This document shows, one piece after another, positions 54,835-64,000 of a DNA stretch of 64,000 nt (positions within the stretch are counted from its first letter, which is position 1; every line of letters starts with the position of its first letter). The notes below the pieces were generated by a model. That model did not search any database, was not told where the DNA came from, and was given only the letters and a program-made list of their open reading frames with translations. The position numbers were made by a program, and so were the translations under genes. The stretch is from contig CAWJQI010000005.1 in NCBI GenBank assembly GCA_963845085.1, positions 192,001 to 256,000 on the forward strand, given 5' to 3'. This stretch comes from Candidatus Fermentibacterota bacterium (GTDB taxonomy: Bacteria > Fermentibacterota > Fermentibacteria > Fermentibacterales > JCC-6).

Positions 54835-57276
54835 TCAGTTGCCCAGAACCACCAGCCGTGTGACTGCCGACTGCCCGGCACTGTGGGCAACAACGGGGTA
54901 AACACCGGCAGGAAGCCTGTTCCCCGAGGAATCGGTGAGGCTGAACGGGATCGAAACGTCGCCCGCCGGTGCATTCCCGTTGAAGACCGTATTGATCATT
55001 CGGCCGGAAATGTCGTAGACCTGAAGGATCAGCTGACCTGCAGCGGGCAGTGAACACCTGAAGCTTGTGGATGCCAGTGCAGGGTTCACCCCCGAAATGC
55101 ACAGCCCGAGCACCGATGAAGGCTCGCCGGATTCCACCGAAACGGCCCCGAGCGCCCAAATCTCCACATCGTCGATGTTCCACCCGCAGTACTCCCAGTC
55201 CGGGTCACTGGCGCCCATCACCCACCTGAGATACACCTGCGGCTGGTCGTCGGCGAACGGCGAAATGTCGAAAACCATTTGGTTCCAGTCATTGTCGGCG
55301 GTTTCCCCGGGACCGTTCTCCCAGACCGTGTCCCAGTTCTGGAGGTCGGTTGAGACGAGGATGCAGGCGTTGTCGCTCTGGTTGCCCTCTACGCCGAGCC
55401 ACCTCTGGAAGCGCAGTTGAGTTCCGTAAAGGCCTGAGCAGTCCATCGCACCGGTTGTCAGGTTCTCCTCCCCCATGCCGGGAGAATAGTCACCGAGAAG
55501 GTTGTAACCGTATACGCACTGCCCCGTAAAACCGGCGGCGGGGTCGTGATTGCCGTGCGCGCCTCCGAACCCCTGTGGAATGCCCCATTCCCAGCCGCCA
55601 TCGTTCTCCCACTCAGGGTCGTCCTCCATGTTCCAGCCGTAGACCACACCGGTCTGGCCGACGACCAAAACGATCCTTCCCGTTGCGCCCCCGATCCCGC
55701 CCGAGGCGTTCACGAAGGAAACATCAGCGGTGTAGACACCCGTCGGAAGCGATGACGCCTCATTTGAAAGGGCTGCAGTGATCTGCACGGTCTGCCCCGG
55801 CGAGATGGTTCCCGAGAGCGGCCCGAGCAGGGTGAGCCATTCAACGGGATCGGCGCTCACCTGGTACTGGGCCGAGCCGGCACCAGTGTATTCAAGGGTC
55901 CACGCCCACGAGGAGGGGGCGAACGGGCCACCGACCTCCCCCTGGAAGAGAGCATCGCCCGCCGGTGAGACCCTGAGCCCTGCGTTAAAACCAAGCAGCT
56001 TGAGGCAGAAGTTGCCTGTCTCGGGGTACGGGTTGTCGGGGCAGCCATAGAAATCATGCCATGAGCCGTCGTAGTAGTAGCTCTCGCCCTCGGAGGCGGT
56101 GGATTCAACGATCACACGGGCGGATGAGCCCAGAAGAACCGGCACATCGGCGGTCCTGTCGTAAGGGAACCCCCCCTGTGAAAACTCCATGGCAAAGTAG
56201 ACACTGTCCCCCGGACCGACCTGGAAGGGTTCGTCAAGCTGGATCGTGTGAAAACCCCTGACCTGGCAGAACTCCTCCTGCAGCCCCAGAGGGACGGAAG
56301 GGGAACCTCCGGCGAAGCTGCCGTAGAGTGCTGCGCTGCAAGTGACCGAGTCATCCGATGTAAAAAAGGAACACGCAGTGATGTAGTGGTCGCCCGAGAC
56401 TTCGAATGCGTTCATCACCCGGTCGGCCCCGGTGAAAGTGTCCCGCCAGCCGTGATAGTCGTGGTAGTAGACCTGCTCGTACTCCATGAACTCGGCGTTG
56501 TTGAAGGACACCGCGCCCATGAAGGGTTCCCGTCCGCACCACTTGTCCCAATAGCTGATGTAGAAGTAACCCTCGAACCCCCAGCTCTCGCCCCAGCTGT
56601 TCTTGCAGATCCAGGCGCCGGGTTCGGGTGCCTGGGTAACCTTGTTGTCGTCCCAGCCGATGATCGCGACGGAGTGGTTGGGGAGCTCGTCGGTGAAGGG
56701 CGGCTGGTAGTGTATGTAATCCTGCATGTAGGATGAGCTTGCGTAGTAGCATGTGGCAATGGCGCCGTTCTCCATCAGGGCGGCCTTGATCCCGTTGAGC
56801 GAACCCAGGTCGTCGCCGGCGACAAACCACTCCACGTCATCGGGGTAGTAGTAATGGTAATCCGGAGAGTTGAGCGGCGGCGCCGTGCTGAAGGACTGCG
56901 CGTCGATGTCGCGGACCGTCCCGCTTCCCCTTGAAAGGTAGGCAGTTGTCACGAGGTAGTCGCCACCCTGATGGACAGTGAGCCCCCCGCTTCCATAAGG
57001 AGGGTACATGTCTGCGTTGTGCCAGTTGTTGAAACCGTTCCACCAGTCGAGGTGGTACTCGGCAAGGTTGGGTTCACCAGCCTCACCCTGGTTCTCCCAC
57101 TCCCCCGTGAGAAGCATGTTTGATTCGATGGATGCCATTGTTCCGTGTGTCCAGCAGGTTCCGCCCTGCTGGTTCTTTACGGAGGTTACATAGCTTTGCC
57201 CGCCCACGTCCCGAAGATCGAAGGTGGAAGGGTACTGAAGCTCAAGCACTGCAAGCAAACACACAGTGACGAACAT
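54835..57276 (-). CDS. Papain-like C1A cysteine peptidase with lectin-like/Ig accessory domains and FlgD/T9SS-type CTD
   Basis: FDLR, VKNQQGGTCW (Cys), NHSVAIIGWDD (His), WICKNSWGESWG, GWNIDDV, CTD VYDISGRMI...LPAGVY. Confidence 0.9.
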   Translation of the reverse strand: MFVTVCLLAVLELQYPSTFDLRDVGGQSYVTSVKNQQGGTCWTHGTMASIESNMLLTGEWENQGEAGEPNLAEYHLDWWNGFNNWHNADMYPPYGSGGLTVHQGGDYLVTTAYLSRGSGTVRDIDAQSFSTAPPLNSPDYHYYYPDDVEWFVAGDDLGSLNGIKAALMENGAIATCYYASSSYMQDYIHYQPPFTDELPNHSVAIIGWDDNKVTQAPEPGAWICKNSWGESWGFEGYFYISYWDKWCGREPFMGAVSFNNAEFMEYEQVYYHDYHGWRDTFTGADRVMNAFEVSGDHYITACSFFTSDDSVTCSAALYGSFAGGSPSVPLGLQEEFCQVRGFHTIQLDEPFQVGPGDSVYFAMEFSQGGFPYDRTADVPVLLGSSARVIVESTASEGESYYYDGSWHDFYGCPDNPYPETGNFCLKLLGFNAGLRVSPAGDALFQGEVGGPFAPSSWAWTLEYTGAGSAQYQVSADPVEWLTLLGPLSGTISPGQTVQITAALSNEASSLPTGVYTADVSFVNASGGIGGATGRIVLVVGQTGVVYGWNMEDDPEWENDGGWEWGIPQGFGGAHGNHDPAAGFTGQCVYGYNLLGDYSPGMGEENLTTGAMDCSGLYGTQLRFQRWLGVEGNQSDNACILVSTDLQNWDTVWENGPGETADNDWNQMVFDISPFADDQPQVYLRWVMGASDPDWEYCGWNIDDVEIWALGAVSVESGEPSSVLGLCISGVNPALASTSFRCSLPAAGQLILQVYDISGRMINTVFNGNAPAGDVSIPFSLTDSSGNRLPAGVYPVVAHSAGQSAVTRLVVLGN

Positions 57277-57461
57277 TGCTGCCTCCGTTTATTATGAACC
57301 GGGAAAACCTTTCCCCAACAATACAGAAAACAAAGCGCCATGACCCCCCGTGCCGGGGTGATCGGATCCTGCACTGAAATGCTTCACTGAAATAGATATA
57401 CCCTGCCGGGCACGATGTTCCGGGATGGTAACAGGGCGTTGAGTTCAGTCAGATGAATGAC

Positions 57462-57486
57462 GGTTCGAATCCTCTTCGGCGTACCA
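57462..57486 (+). other. tRNA 3'-end fragment (T-loop to CCA), possible att-site remnant
   Basis: GG-TTCGAAT-CCTCT-TCGGCGT-A-CCA has exact T-loop, 5-nt, 7-nt, discriminator and CCA spacing. No matching 5' half upstream. Confidence 0.6.
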
Positions 57487-57489
57487 CCA

Positions 57490-58911
57490 TCACCGGCCAA
57501 GCAGGGTCAACCGATGAACAAAGCCTGACTGCCCGACAACAGAGTAGATGCCCACGGGCAGTCTGACTCCCGAGAAGTCCATACCATGCCAGATGCCTGT
57601 TCCGTCAGAGACCTGAATACTCGACACCTCTCTCCCGGTGATGTCGTATACGCGAAGGGTCTGCGTCTCTGAACCGGTGTGAACGGTTACAGAGCCCGCC
57701 ACAGGGTTGCATGAAAAACTGAATCCATCGCCGGGAACGGCAGCGAACTGCTGCTCTGCTGTGCTGACGTAATCGTAGTCGAACCAGCCGAAGGTGGGGT
57801 AATTACCCAAGACCGGCTCGGTCTCAGCCTGTTCATAAGCGATGTAGAGATTGCCTTCTGCATCGGCTTCTCCACTAATGAAAGGCAGACCTTCAGGGTC
57901 CTCGTCCGCATAGTCGTATGCAATCGCCCAGTCAACTATTACATCTCCGTTGCCGTTCATCAGGAGAAAAAGTATCTGATTGTCCTGGCCATTGTCTGTC
58001 CACACAAGGTAGAACAAATCAGTTCCGGGTATGTTGCTAAGGACGAATTCGAGGCTGACATACATTTCCGGTGGTTCAGATGTGACAATGACCTTCTGGT
58101 TTATCAGGGTGAATCCGCTATACTTATCCAGCTTCCACAACACATAACCGTAGGTATCAACTGAAGTCTCATGAACTACCATGAGGTTACCGTTCTCGTC
58201 AACGGCAAGTTCAGGGAACCGATTGCAAATAATGTAGTCTGGAGTAAAGTCAGTGATTGGTACAACCGTATTCCCATTTAAATCGTATTGAAGGTAGGAA
58301 TAATTGTGATCCACCGGATCCTGCACCACGACATGAACCCGGTTCCCGTCAACGAGGAGAACTCCACCCGCGTCCGCGCCGTCTATCTTCCAGTCCCGTT
58401 CCACGGTGAAGCCCGATCCGGGCGCCGGTGTCCACACGGCATACCTGACATCATCTCCGTCATTGTAGAGCACATGCAGTCTGCCAAGACTGTCCGGGCA
58501 TGCCCTGATGTAGGGATAAAGAGTGGAGGTCGTGAACAGGTAGGTGGCTGGGGTATCAATATTTCCGTTTGTCAAGTTGCAGATGCAGTAGTATGCCTGT
58601 GAGTAAGCCCTCCAGAATACAAACAGGCTGTCGCCCATCGCTGCTGTTGAGACAAGAGAGCTGTGTGAGTCCAAAGAAATCATTGTGTCAGGGTAGATGG
58701 TGGTTCCGTCAAGCAGAAATGCCTTATAACCAATCCTGCTTTGGTCTTTGTAGCCTGACCAGACAAGATGGAATCTGCCCAGATCATCAGAATGCAGGTG
58801 CAGCTCAGGCCTTGCAGTATTCGCCTCCTCAGTCACCAGAACCGGCATGCTCCAGCCCGGACTCGGGGTAACCCCGGAGAGCCAGAGACAGAGAAGCCCG
58901 AGAACCGTCAT
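57490..58911 (-). CDS. Secreted beta-rich protein with T9SS/FlgD-type CTD
   Basis: Signal peptide, repeats D..GR.H.V/L, CTD LRVYDITGREV...WHGMDFSGVRLPVGIY. Confidence 0.75.
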   Translation of the reverse strand: MTVLGLLCLWLSGVTPSPGWSMPVLVTEEANTARPELHLHSDDLGRFHLVWSGYKDQSRIGYKAFLLDGTTIYPDTMISLDSHSSLVSTAAMGDSLFVFWRAYSQAYYCICNLTNGNIDTPATYLFTTSTLYPYIRACPDSLGRLHVLYNDGDDVRYAVWTPAPGSGFTVERDWKIDGADAGGVLLVDGNRVHVVVQDPVDHNYSYLQYDLNGNTVVPITDFTPDYIICNRFPELAVDENGNLMVVHETSVDTYGYVLWKLDKYSGFTLINQKVIVTSEPPEMYVSLEFVLSNIPGTDLFYLVWTDNGQDNQILFLLMNGNGDVIVDWAIAYDYADEDPEGLPFISGEADAEGNLYIAYEQAETEPVLGNYPTFGWFDYDYVSTAEQQFAAVPGDGFSFSCNPVAGSVTVHTGSETQTLRVYDITGREVSSIQVSDGTGIWHGMDFSGVRLPVGIYSVVGQSGFVHRLTLLGR

Positions 58912-61900
58912 TGCAGTACACCCGTTCTTCCCTCATCATGCTGGAACTGAGGCCAGGGGGCATAGCCGGATGTGCATGCACCAAGTTCCCAGCAGTGAAG
59001 GTATCCGTCGCTGGTGCCGAAGACCATCTCGACAACACCATCCCTGTCGATGTCTGCTATGCTGAAACCACCAAAGGAAGTGACATTGTCCGGAAGGGTT
59101 ATTGGGAAGTCGGAGTTGACGGGAGGGTTCGAACTGCTTTCATACGCAAGTAGGATACACTTTCCATCCAGGAGTGTTGAAAAAAGCACATCGGCATAAC
59201 CAGCATTGTCAATGTTCCCAAGCGCCGCAGGACTTATGGGAGAGCTAATACTGGCACCAGAAAACTCTCCTGTCGGCCAGTTACCGAAAGGTTCACCGTA
59301 CTTATCCCATGCCAAAGTTTCCATCTCTGAAGGAAGAACGAAGGTATCAGCTCCCTGTATGCCTGGATTCCAGTCCGCGAAAACACCGTACCTGAGGTTG
59401 TCGGCGTCACAAGTCCCGACTTCGCACTCTTCCTCAATGAGACCATCGGGTTCAACGATCAATGCCGGATTCTCGGATCTGTACCTGTATTTTCTGTACG
59501 GATACCCGACGAGATACTCACCGCCCAGTCTTCCCGCTGCCGGCGTAACAGGCAGTCCGGGTTCCGATCTTGATTGTACAAAAGGAGTTCCTCCTGTTTC
59601 CCAGTCGTACACAACAAGGGCATTATAGCCTGTAGCAGGTGGAGGCGCGGCAATGGAATAACCACAGCAATAGACCGCGTCAGCGTAGGAATTGTTGTCA
59701 AGATCCGCACAGGCCAGAGAGTACTCTATCGGTTCGTTTGGAAGGCTCAACTGCTTCGTTGAATTGGCGCTGAAGCTTTGAACAAGCGAATTCCATGTGT
59801 AGAGATAAAGTGTATTGCCCACTGCCGCGCAGAGTTCAAGTCCCTGTGTGCTTTCCATCTCTCCAACGCAGAATACGCCGGTCGCCAACTGAATGGTCTG
59901 GAGGACATCTCCATCAGCACTTACCACTTTGATGCCGTCATCCGAGGCCAGGATGAACTCGGTTTCACCGTCATTGCCAAGGTCTGAGGCAAGAATCTGA
60001 ATTGAGCTGGAAAAGCCTTCGCGGGCGACACTCCAGATCTCTCCGCCGTCCTCTTCGAAAGCGGTGAGCGTGTTGCCCACAAGAACAATCACCTCCAGAT
60101 CAGGGTCATTGTCGATGTTCGCCAGAACAGGTGTTGTGGAAACAACCTCATCCACGAGCTGAATCCAGCCGCCAAACACGGGATAGGTATCGTTGAAGCC
60201 GACGGTTACCGATGCATCGTTGTTGTGCCACCAACAGTCATCACATACTTCTTCATAGTCAACTGTAATTGAGACGGTCAGATCAATTGGCGGCTGGAAC
60301 CACGCGGAGCAATCCCATGTGTACTGGAAATCCTGATAACCGCCAGCGTCTATTGGATCGCACTCGATGTAATCTGTGAAGGTGTTTGCTCCGTTTCTGA
60401 ACGTTATCCGGATGTCGCACTCATCCGAATCCTGGGCGCCATTGTTTCTTACCCTGAATTGAAGTGGAAGATCCAAACCTGTTGATGTCTCTTCAGGGTA
60501 CTGTGACACAACAATCTCACCGCCATAGATAGAGAGGTCACACTTATCGGGGTACCGTACCCTGTCGCTGATATCGAGAGCAGGGTCTCCGAGAAGATTG
60601 AATTGACCGAGTGCAGGAAGCCCTGAGCCAGATTGGCTTATAAAGTAGTCAATGTGCTGGTTCCGAGCGGAAGCAATCGCGTCTCCCAGCCGTCCGTGCC
60701 CTCTTGCATAGATGGCTTCAAGAATCCCCTTCCCGTAGTATTCATAACAATCCATGTCGGATGGCCGGGATCCGCAGAATACACCTGCAACCGGAACAGC
60801 CGTGTTTTTAAGAATCCTCTCAGCCAGGCAGTCCGAACTGAAATTGAAGGGCATTGTATCAGATTCATCATCGAAACAGAAATAGGTGTGACTTTCACGA
60901 TTCTCGTGTTCGTAGAGTGTATGGTTGAATGTTCCCGCAGAGCAGCACAGGAGAAGAGAAAATGGGGCCGAGTAACCCTGAGCAGTGCCAGTGAGGTGCT
61001 GCTCAATCTGGTAGTTGTTGAAAGTACTGTCTCTGCAGCCCTTTGTATCATCACCGAACTCATAGAGCCACTCGCACCATTCAAGCCCGGCGCTGAACAT
61101 GTGAAGCTCGCCGTGGTTGCTGAAAAAAGCTACTCCGGCTCCCCTCCCGAATTCAGTGATGCAGTTTTGAACCCACTCGCTGCTTTTCATGGGACTCTGA
61201 TCGGACTCCTCGTCGGTAAACCATCTCCCGTCTCCACAGTAATGTGAGACATAGCCGTACGATGTCCAGTCGGCAAAGCCCGAAGCCCAGAGATCGAGAG
61301 GTTCATTGTCTATCCCGAAGTTCTGGTGAAAAACACCCTCGATTGGATCTCCGGTTCCGGCAAGCCTGAGGATTCGTCTCCTGTAGTCTGTTATCGGCTG
61401 ACTGGTAATGGGCTGTTCCAGATCGATCATGTTCTGGATCAGTGTGCTGAGTGTATCCGGGGCATGCTCACCGCCGTTTTTCACGGAAAGTCTTCCCACG
61501 AACATGCTCGGCACGGCGTTGTCAACGGACTGGAGTTCAGCGAAATAAACGTACCATTCATCGTTGCCGATCATGCCCGCACCAAAAGGCGCCAGGTATT
61601 CGTGAGTCGGCAGATACCATGGCTCATCAGAGTAATCAGATTCCTCGTGGTCACCGATCAGAAGAAGATAGCCGGGCTTTTTCCCCGAAGTCTGGGTCCA
61701 GTTGTTCCACATGTGTTCCGTGAACTCCCTGATCGTGTAATCGGTGAGCAGCAATTGACCCTGCCCGAAATCATCGAAGATGTCATCCGTTGTCACCAGG
61801 GCAACATCGAAGTCGTTAAGTTCAACCCTGTGTTCTGCCAGATCGTCAATGGCATCCTGACACTGGGCGTACAGACCGGAAGCACAGATTATCACATAGT

Positions 61901-62618
61901 CTGGCATTCTGAGCGGCCCTGTGTACGGGTCAACCTGACCGAAGTATGTCGGAACCGGCGCCACAGACCTGGGAATTCTGTGATAACCCACGATTGGAGA
62001 ATCGTCCACAAGATCCTGGAACGCACCGAGGCCGATGCTGCTCCATACCGCCTCCGTGCTGTCGAATGAAAGTGATGCGCTGATCGAGGAAACGGTCACA
62101 AGTGTACTGTCGGAAGCCCGGTACCTCGCCGGAAACAGCTGGACCTTCAACAACCGCTGACCGCAGATCCGCATCTCGCCGATGACCCGTGCCATTTCAC
62201 CTGGCCAAAATGAAGCTGAGACGTATGCTGTCGAATCCTGAACGAATGAATCAACAACAGCCGGGGTGTACTCATACGATATCACCTGTGCCGACGCCGG
62301 GTAGACCGGGTCTACATGCCACTCCTGCAGTCCGGCCCAGGCAAAATCGAGTTCCGGCGTCACGCTGTCAGGCAGTGCAATCATACAGGTGATCATGGGA
62401 AGTTCGGGGTAGCCTATACTGTCGGTTACCGGCGAACCGGTGAACCTGATGAACTCAAGGTTGTCGTGCTCCACGCGTTCCCAGAAGAGGGGAGTTTGGG
62501 CGATAAAGACCACCCTGGAACTGTCCGAGACTGTAGTCCTGATGAGGGGAGTATCTGCGAGAAGTACTGAAGAGATTACCAGAAGTGAAAAGCACTGAAG
62601 GAAGTGGTTTGATCTCAT
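58908..62618 (-). CDS. Peptidase C25 (gingipain-like) with propeptide, CARDB-like and FG-GAP/VCBS repeats
   Basis: Signal peptide, GYPELP propeptide, DYVII, YLLLIGD, VGRL, SNHG (His), LCCSAG (Cys), FNLLGDP, repeats DxDxDG.xE, terminal WPQFQHD. Confidence 0.85.
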   Translation of the reverse strand: MRSNHFLQCFSLLVISSVLLADTPLIRTTVSDSSRVVFIAQTPLFWERVEHDNLEFIRFTGSPVTDSIGYPELPMITCMIALPDSVTPELDFAWAGLQEWHVDPVYPASAQVISYEYTPAVVDSFVQDSTAYVSASFWPGEMARVIGEMRICGQRLLKVQLFPARYRASDSTLVTVSSISASLSFDSTEAVWSSIGLGAFQDLVDDSPIVGYHRIPRSVAPVPTYFGQVDPYTGPLRMPDYVIICASGLYAQCQDAIDDLAEHRVELNDFDVALVTTDDIFDDFGQGQLLLTDYTIREFTEHMWNNWTQTSGKKPGYLLLIGDHEESDYSDEPWYLPTHEYLAPFGAGMIGNDEWYVYFAELQSVDNAVPSMFVGRLSVKNGGEHAPDTLSTLIQNMIDLEQPITSQPITDYRRRILRLAGTGDPIEGVFHQNFGIDNEPLDLWASGFADWTSYGYVSHYCGDGRWFTDEESDQSPMKSSEWVQNCITEFGRGAGVAFFSNHGELHMFSAGLEWCEWLYEFGDDTKGCRDSTFNNYQIEQHLTGTAQGYSAPFSLLLCCSAGTFNHTLYEHENRESHTYFCFDDESDTMPFNFSSDCLAERILKNTAVPVAGVFCGSRPSDMDCYEYYGKGILEAIYARGHGRLGDAIASARNQHIDYFISQSGSGLPALGQFNLLGDPALDISDRVRYPDKCDLSIYGGEIVVSQYPEETSTGLDLPLQFRVRNNGAQDSDECDIRITFRNGANTFTDYIECDPIDAGGYQDFQYTWDCSAWFQPPIDLTVSITVDYEEVCDDCWWHNNDASVTVGFNDTYPVFGGWIQLVDEVVSTTPVLANIDNDPDLEVIVLVGNTLTAFEEDGGEIWSVAREGFSSSIQILASDLGNDGETEFILASDDGIKVVSADGDVLQTIQLATGVFCVGEMESTQGLELCAAVGNTLYLYTWNSLVQSFSANSTKQLSLPNEPIEYSLACADLDNNSYADAVYCCGYSIAAPPPATGYNALVVYDWETGGTPFVQSRSEPGLPVTPAAGRLGGEYLVGYPYRKYRYRSENPALIVEPDGLIEEECEVGTCDADNLRYGVFADWNPGIQGADTFVLPSEMETLAWDKYGEPFGNWPTGEFSGASISSPISPAALGNIDNAGYADVLFSTLLDGKCILLAYESSSNPPVNSDFPITLPDNVTSFGGFSIADIDRDGVVEMVFGTSDGYLHCWELGACTSGYAPWPQFQHDEGRTGVLQ

Positions 62619-63042
62619 GGAAACCAGCCCCTTTTACATCAAGTAAAATACTGTTGGTGTTATAAATGTTGGGATGAGCAAAAACTGTCAATGGGTCTTG
62701 CCTCTCACGGCATCATGAAAGCTGTTCAATCTGAGGAAATCTTCGCTGGAACAAGCCGTTGCGTTCTGAAGTGGAAGAGTTCAATTTTTAGTGCTTTTAT
62801 TACCGCCCTGCGCCATGCTGTTATTTCACAATACCAGCATCCCGAACAGGCTATCTCCATGCTTTCCAGTCGCTTTCAGCCTTGATGCGAAAGTTCTAAA
62901 AGCGTCCGCCGAGGCGTACCTTTCTGGCATCTGCTGTCCCGGTTCTCCGCCACTTCACGCTGCCCGCGTAAATCATCATTGTTGACTGCTCGATTGATAT
63001 CAAGCAAGGATTGCCGAACGATGGAGACACAGGAGGACCCTG

Positions 63043-63477
63043 ATGCGCTTTGCTACTCTAATTCTTCTCGTTATGGTCACTTCGGTTATGGCTTCCTACA
63101 GCCGGTTCCCGGAAGACCCACCGGGCGTTGATGTCATCGACAGGGCATTCTTCAGGGAAATTGTTGATGGAGAAGAATACGTCGTTTACCTCATCATGTA
63201 CAATCAGAACGATCTGGGCACTTTGGATGTGATAAGCGGAACGCTCTCGTCAGGAAGTTATCTCTGGGAGACTGTTTTTTCGTGGAAACCTCTCGGCATC
63301 CTTTCAGAGCCCGTCCGTTTCGATCCCGGAAGTGTGATAGACATGCAGCTGTCCGGTTCCTCGTTGATCATCACATGGCTGGACAAGTTCAACAGTACGT
63401 ATGTCGAGGGGGCAGCCTCCCTGTATCTTGAATACGACCTTCAAAGCGGGAGTGCCGAAGAGGTCTGGAGTGACTGA
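63043..63477 (+). CDS. Hypothetical exported protein
   Basis: AGGAGG RBS and signal peptide. Confidence 0.7.
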   Translation: MRFATLILLVMVTSVMASYSRFPEDPPGVDVIDRAFFREIVDGEEYVVYLIMYNQNDLGTLDVISGTLSSGSYLWETVFSWKPLGILSEPVRFDPGSVIDMQLSGSSLIITWLDKFNSTYVEGAASLYLEYDLQSGSAEEVWSD

Positions 63478-63569
63478 GGGAGCCTGACAAAACTCATTGA
63501 ACGGGTTCCGCGTTTTAAGGGATTTGCCTGAAAAACTTGGCACACGAATGTTCAGCGAACGGAGAATTC

Positions 63570-64000
63570 ATGATCCCGGCGCTTGTTCTGCTTCTCGCTT
63601 CACTTTCCGCCAGCCCCTGCGTTCCCCTCAAATCCATGGAGGACACGGACAGCCCTCTCATAAACCTCGACGACGGACCCCATGTGTACTGGCGCAATGA
63701 TTCAACCATCGTGGTGTTCAGTTTTATCGACGGAAGACTGGAACAGGAGACCCGCTCCGCCGCCGACACGACAATGCTCGAGTGTTCATTCCGTGAAGGC
63801 GGGGCGTTCATCATCCCGACTGCCGCTCCAGAACGTGTCTCCTGCGAGTTCGAGGATGTGCCGGGGATACTTGCAGTGAGTGACGTGCACGGAGAATACG
63901 AACATCTTCTCGGAATCCTGCATGCAGCGGGCGTTGTCGACGACAGTGGTTGCTGGTCATGGGGAGGCGGCCACCTCGTGATAGTCGGTGACGTTATGGA
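63570..64000 (+). CDS. Secreted calcineurin-like metallophosphoesterase (Shewanella-like phosphatase type); 3'-truncated by the window, not in the ORF track
   Basis: MIPALVLLLAS signal, DGPHV, ILAVSDVHGEY, WSWGGGHLVIVGDVM. Confidence 0.85.
   Translation, partial: MIPALVLLLASLSASPCVPLKSMEDTDSPLINLDDGPHVYWRNDSTIVVFSFIDGRLEQETRSAADTTMLECSFREGGAFIIPTAAPERVSCEFEDVPGILAVSDVHGEYEHLLGILHAAGVVDDSGCWSWGGGHLVIVGDVM

Noticed and set aside
57410..57486. Complete tRNA gene
   Set aside because: No 5' acceptor strand, D-arm or full T-stem complement. Only the 3' 25 nt are tRNA-like.

Overview
A GC-rich bacterial window. It is probably from an FCB-superphylum anaerobe, possibly Candidatus Fermentibacterota-like; this is inferred from the many secreted proteins with T9SS/FlgD-type C-terminal domains and a TxxxIKxxY C-terminal motif. 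1-11 kb holds two paralogous HEFxH metalloproteases, a lipoprotein/TPR-membrane/DUF2723 operon, an acyl-CoA carboxyltransferase with its biotin carrier, a TPR lipoprotein and an L,D-transpeptidase. 11-27 kb is one long, translationally coupled minus-strand housekeeping run (dapL-like, folB, folK, deoxynucleoside kinase, panC, panD, short glmU, HIT, LytR_C, rsfS, argS, pfkB, purM, apgM, mnmA, nadA, C26, PMI, manC). 27-43 kb holds a nuclease-fused DinG helicase, RNase HIII and assorted enzymes. 43-64 kb is accessory. The best candidates for undescribed systems are (1) a RiPP-like locus at 45.2-47.8 kb: a radical SAM/SPASM enzyme, an unannotated 42-aa Cys-rich peptide with a strong RBS, a strand-specific 16-bp hairpin and a beta-propeller lipoprotein; and (2) a cytoplasmic caspase/gingipain-fold protease at 53.2-54.7 kb whose N-terminal domain is duplicated as a stand-alone downstream gene. 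An exact tRNA 3' fragment (att-like) sits at the edge of an AT-richer gingipain-like block. Four +1 frameshifts cluster at 45-54 kb and may be assembly errors. No CRISPR array, rRNA, complete tRNA or transposase was seen. All calls are from motif reading by eye; no database searches were run.
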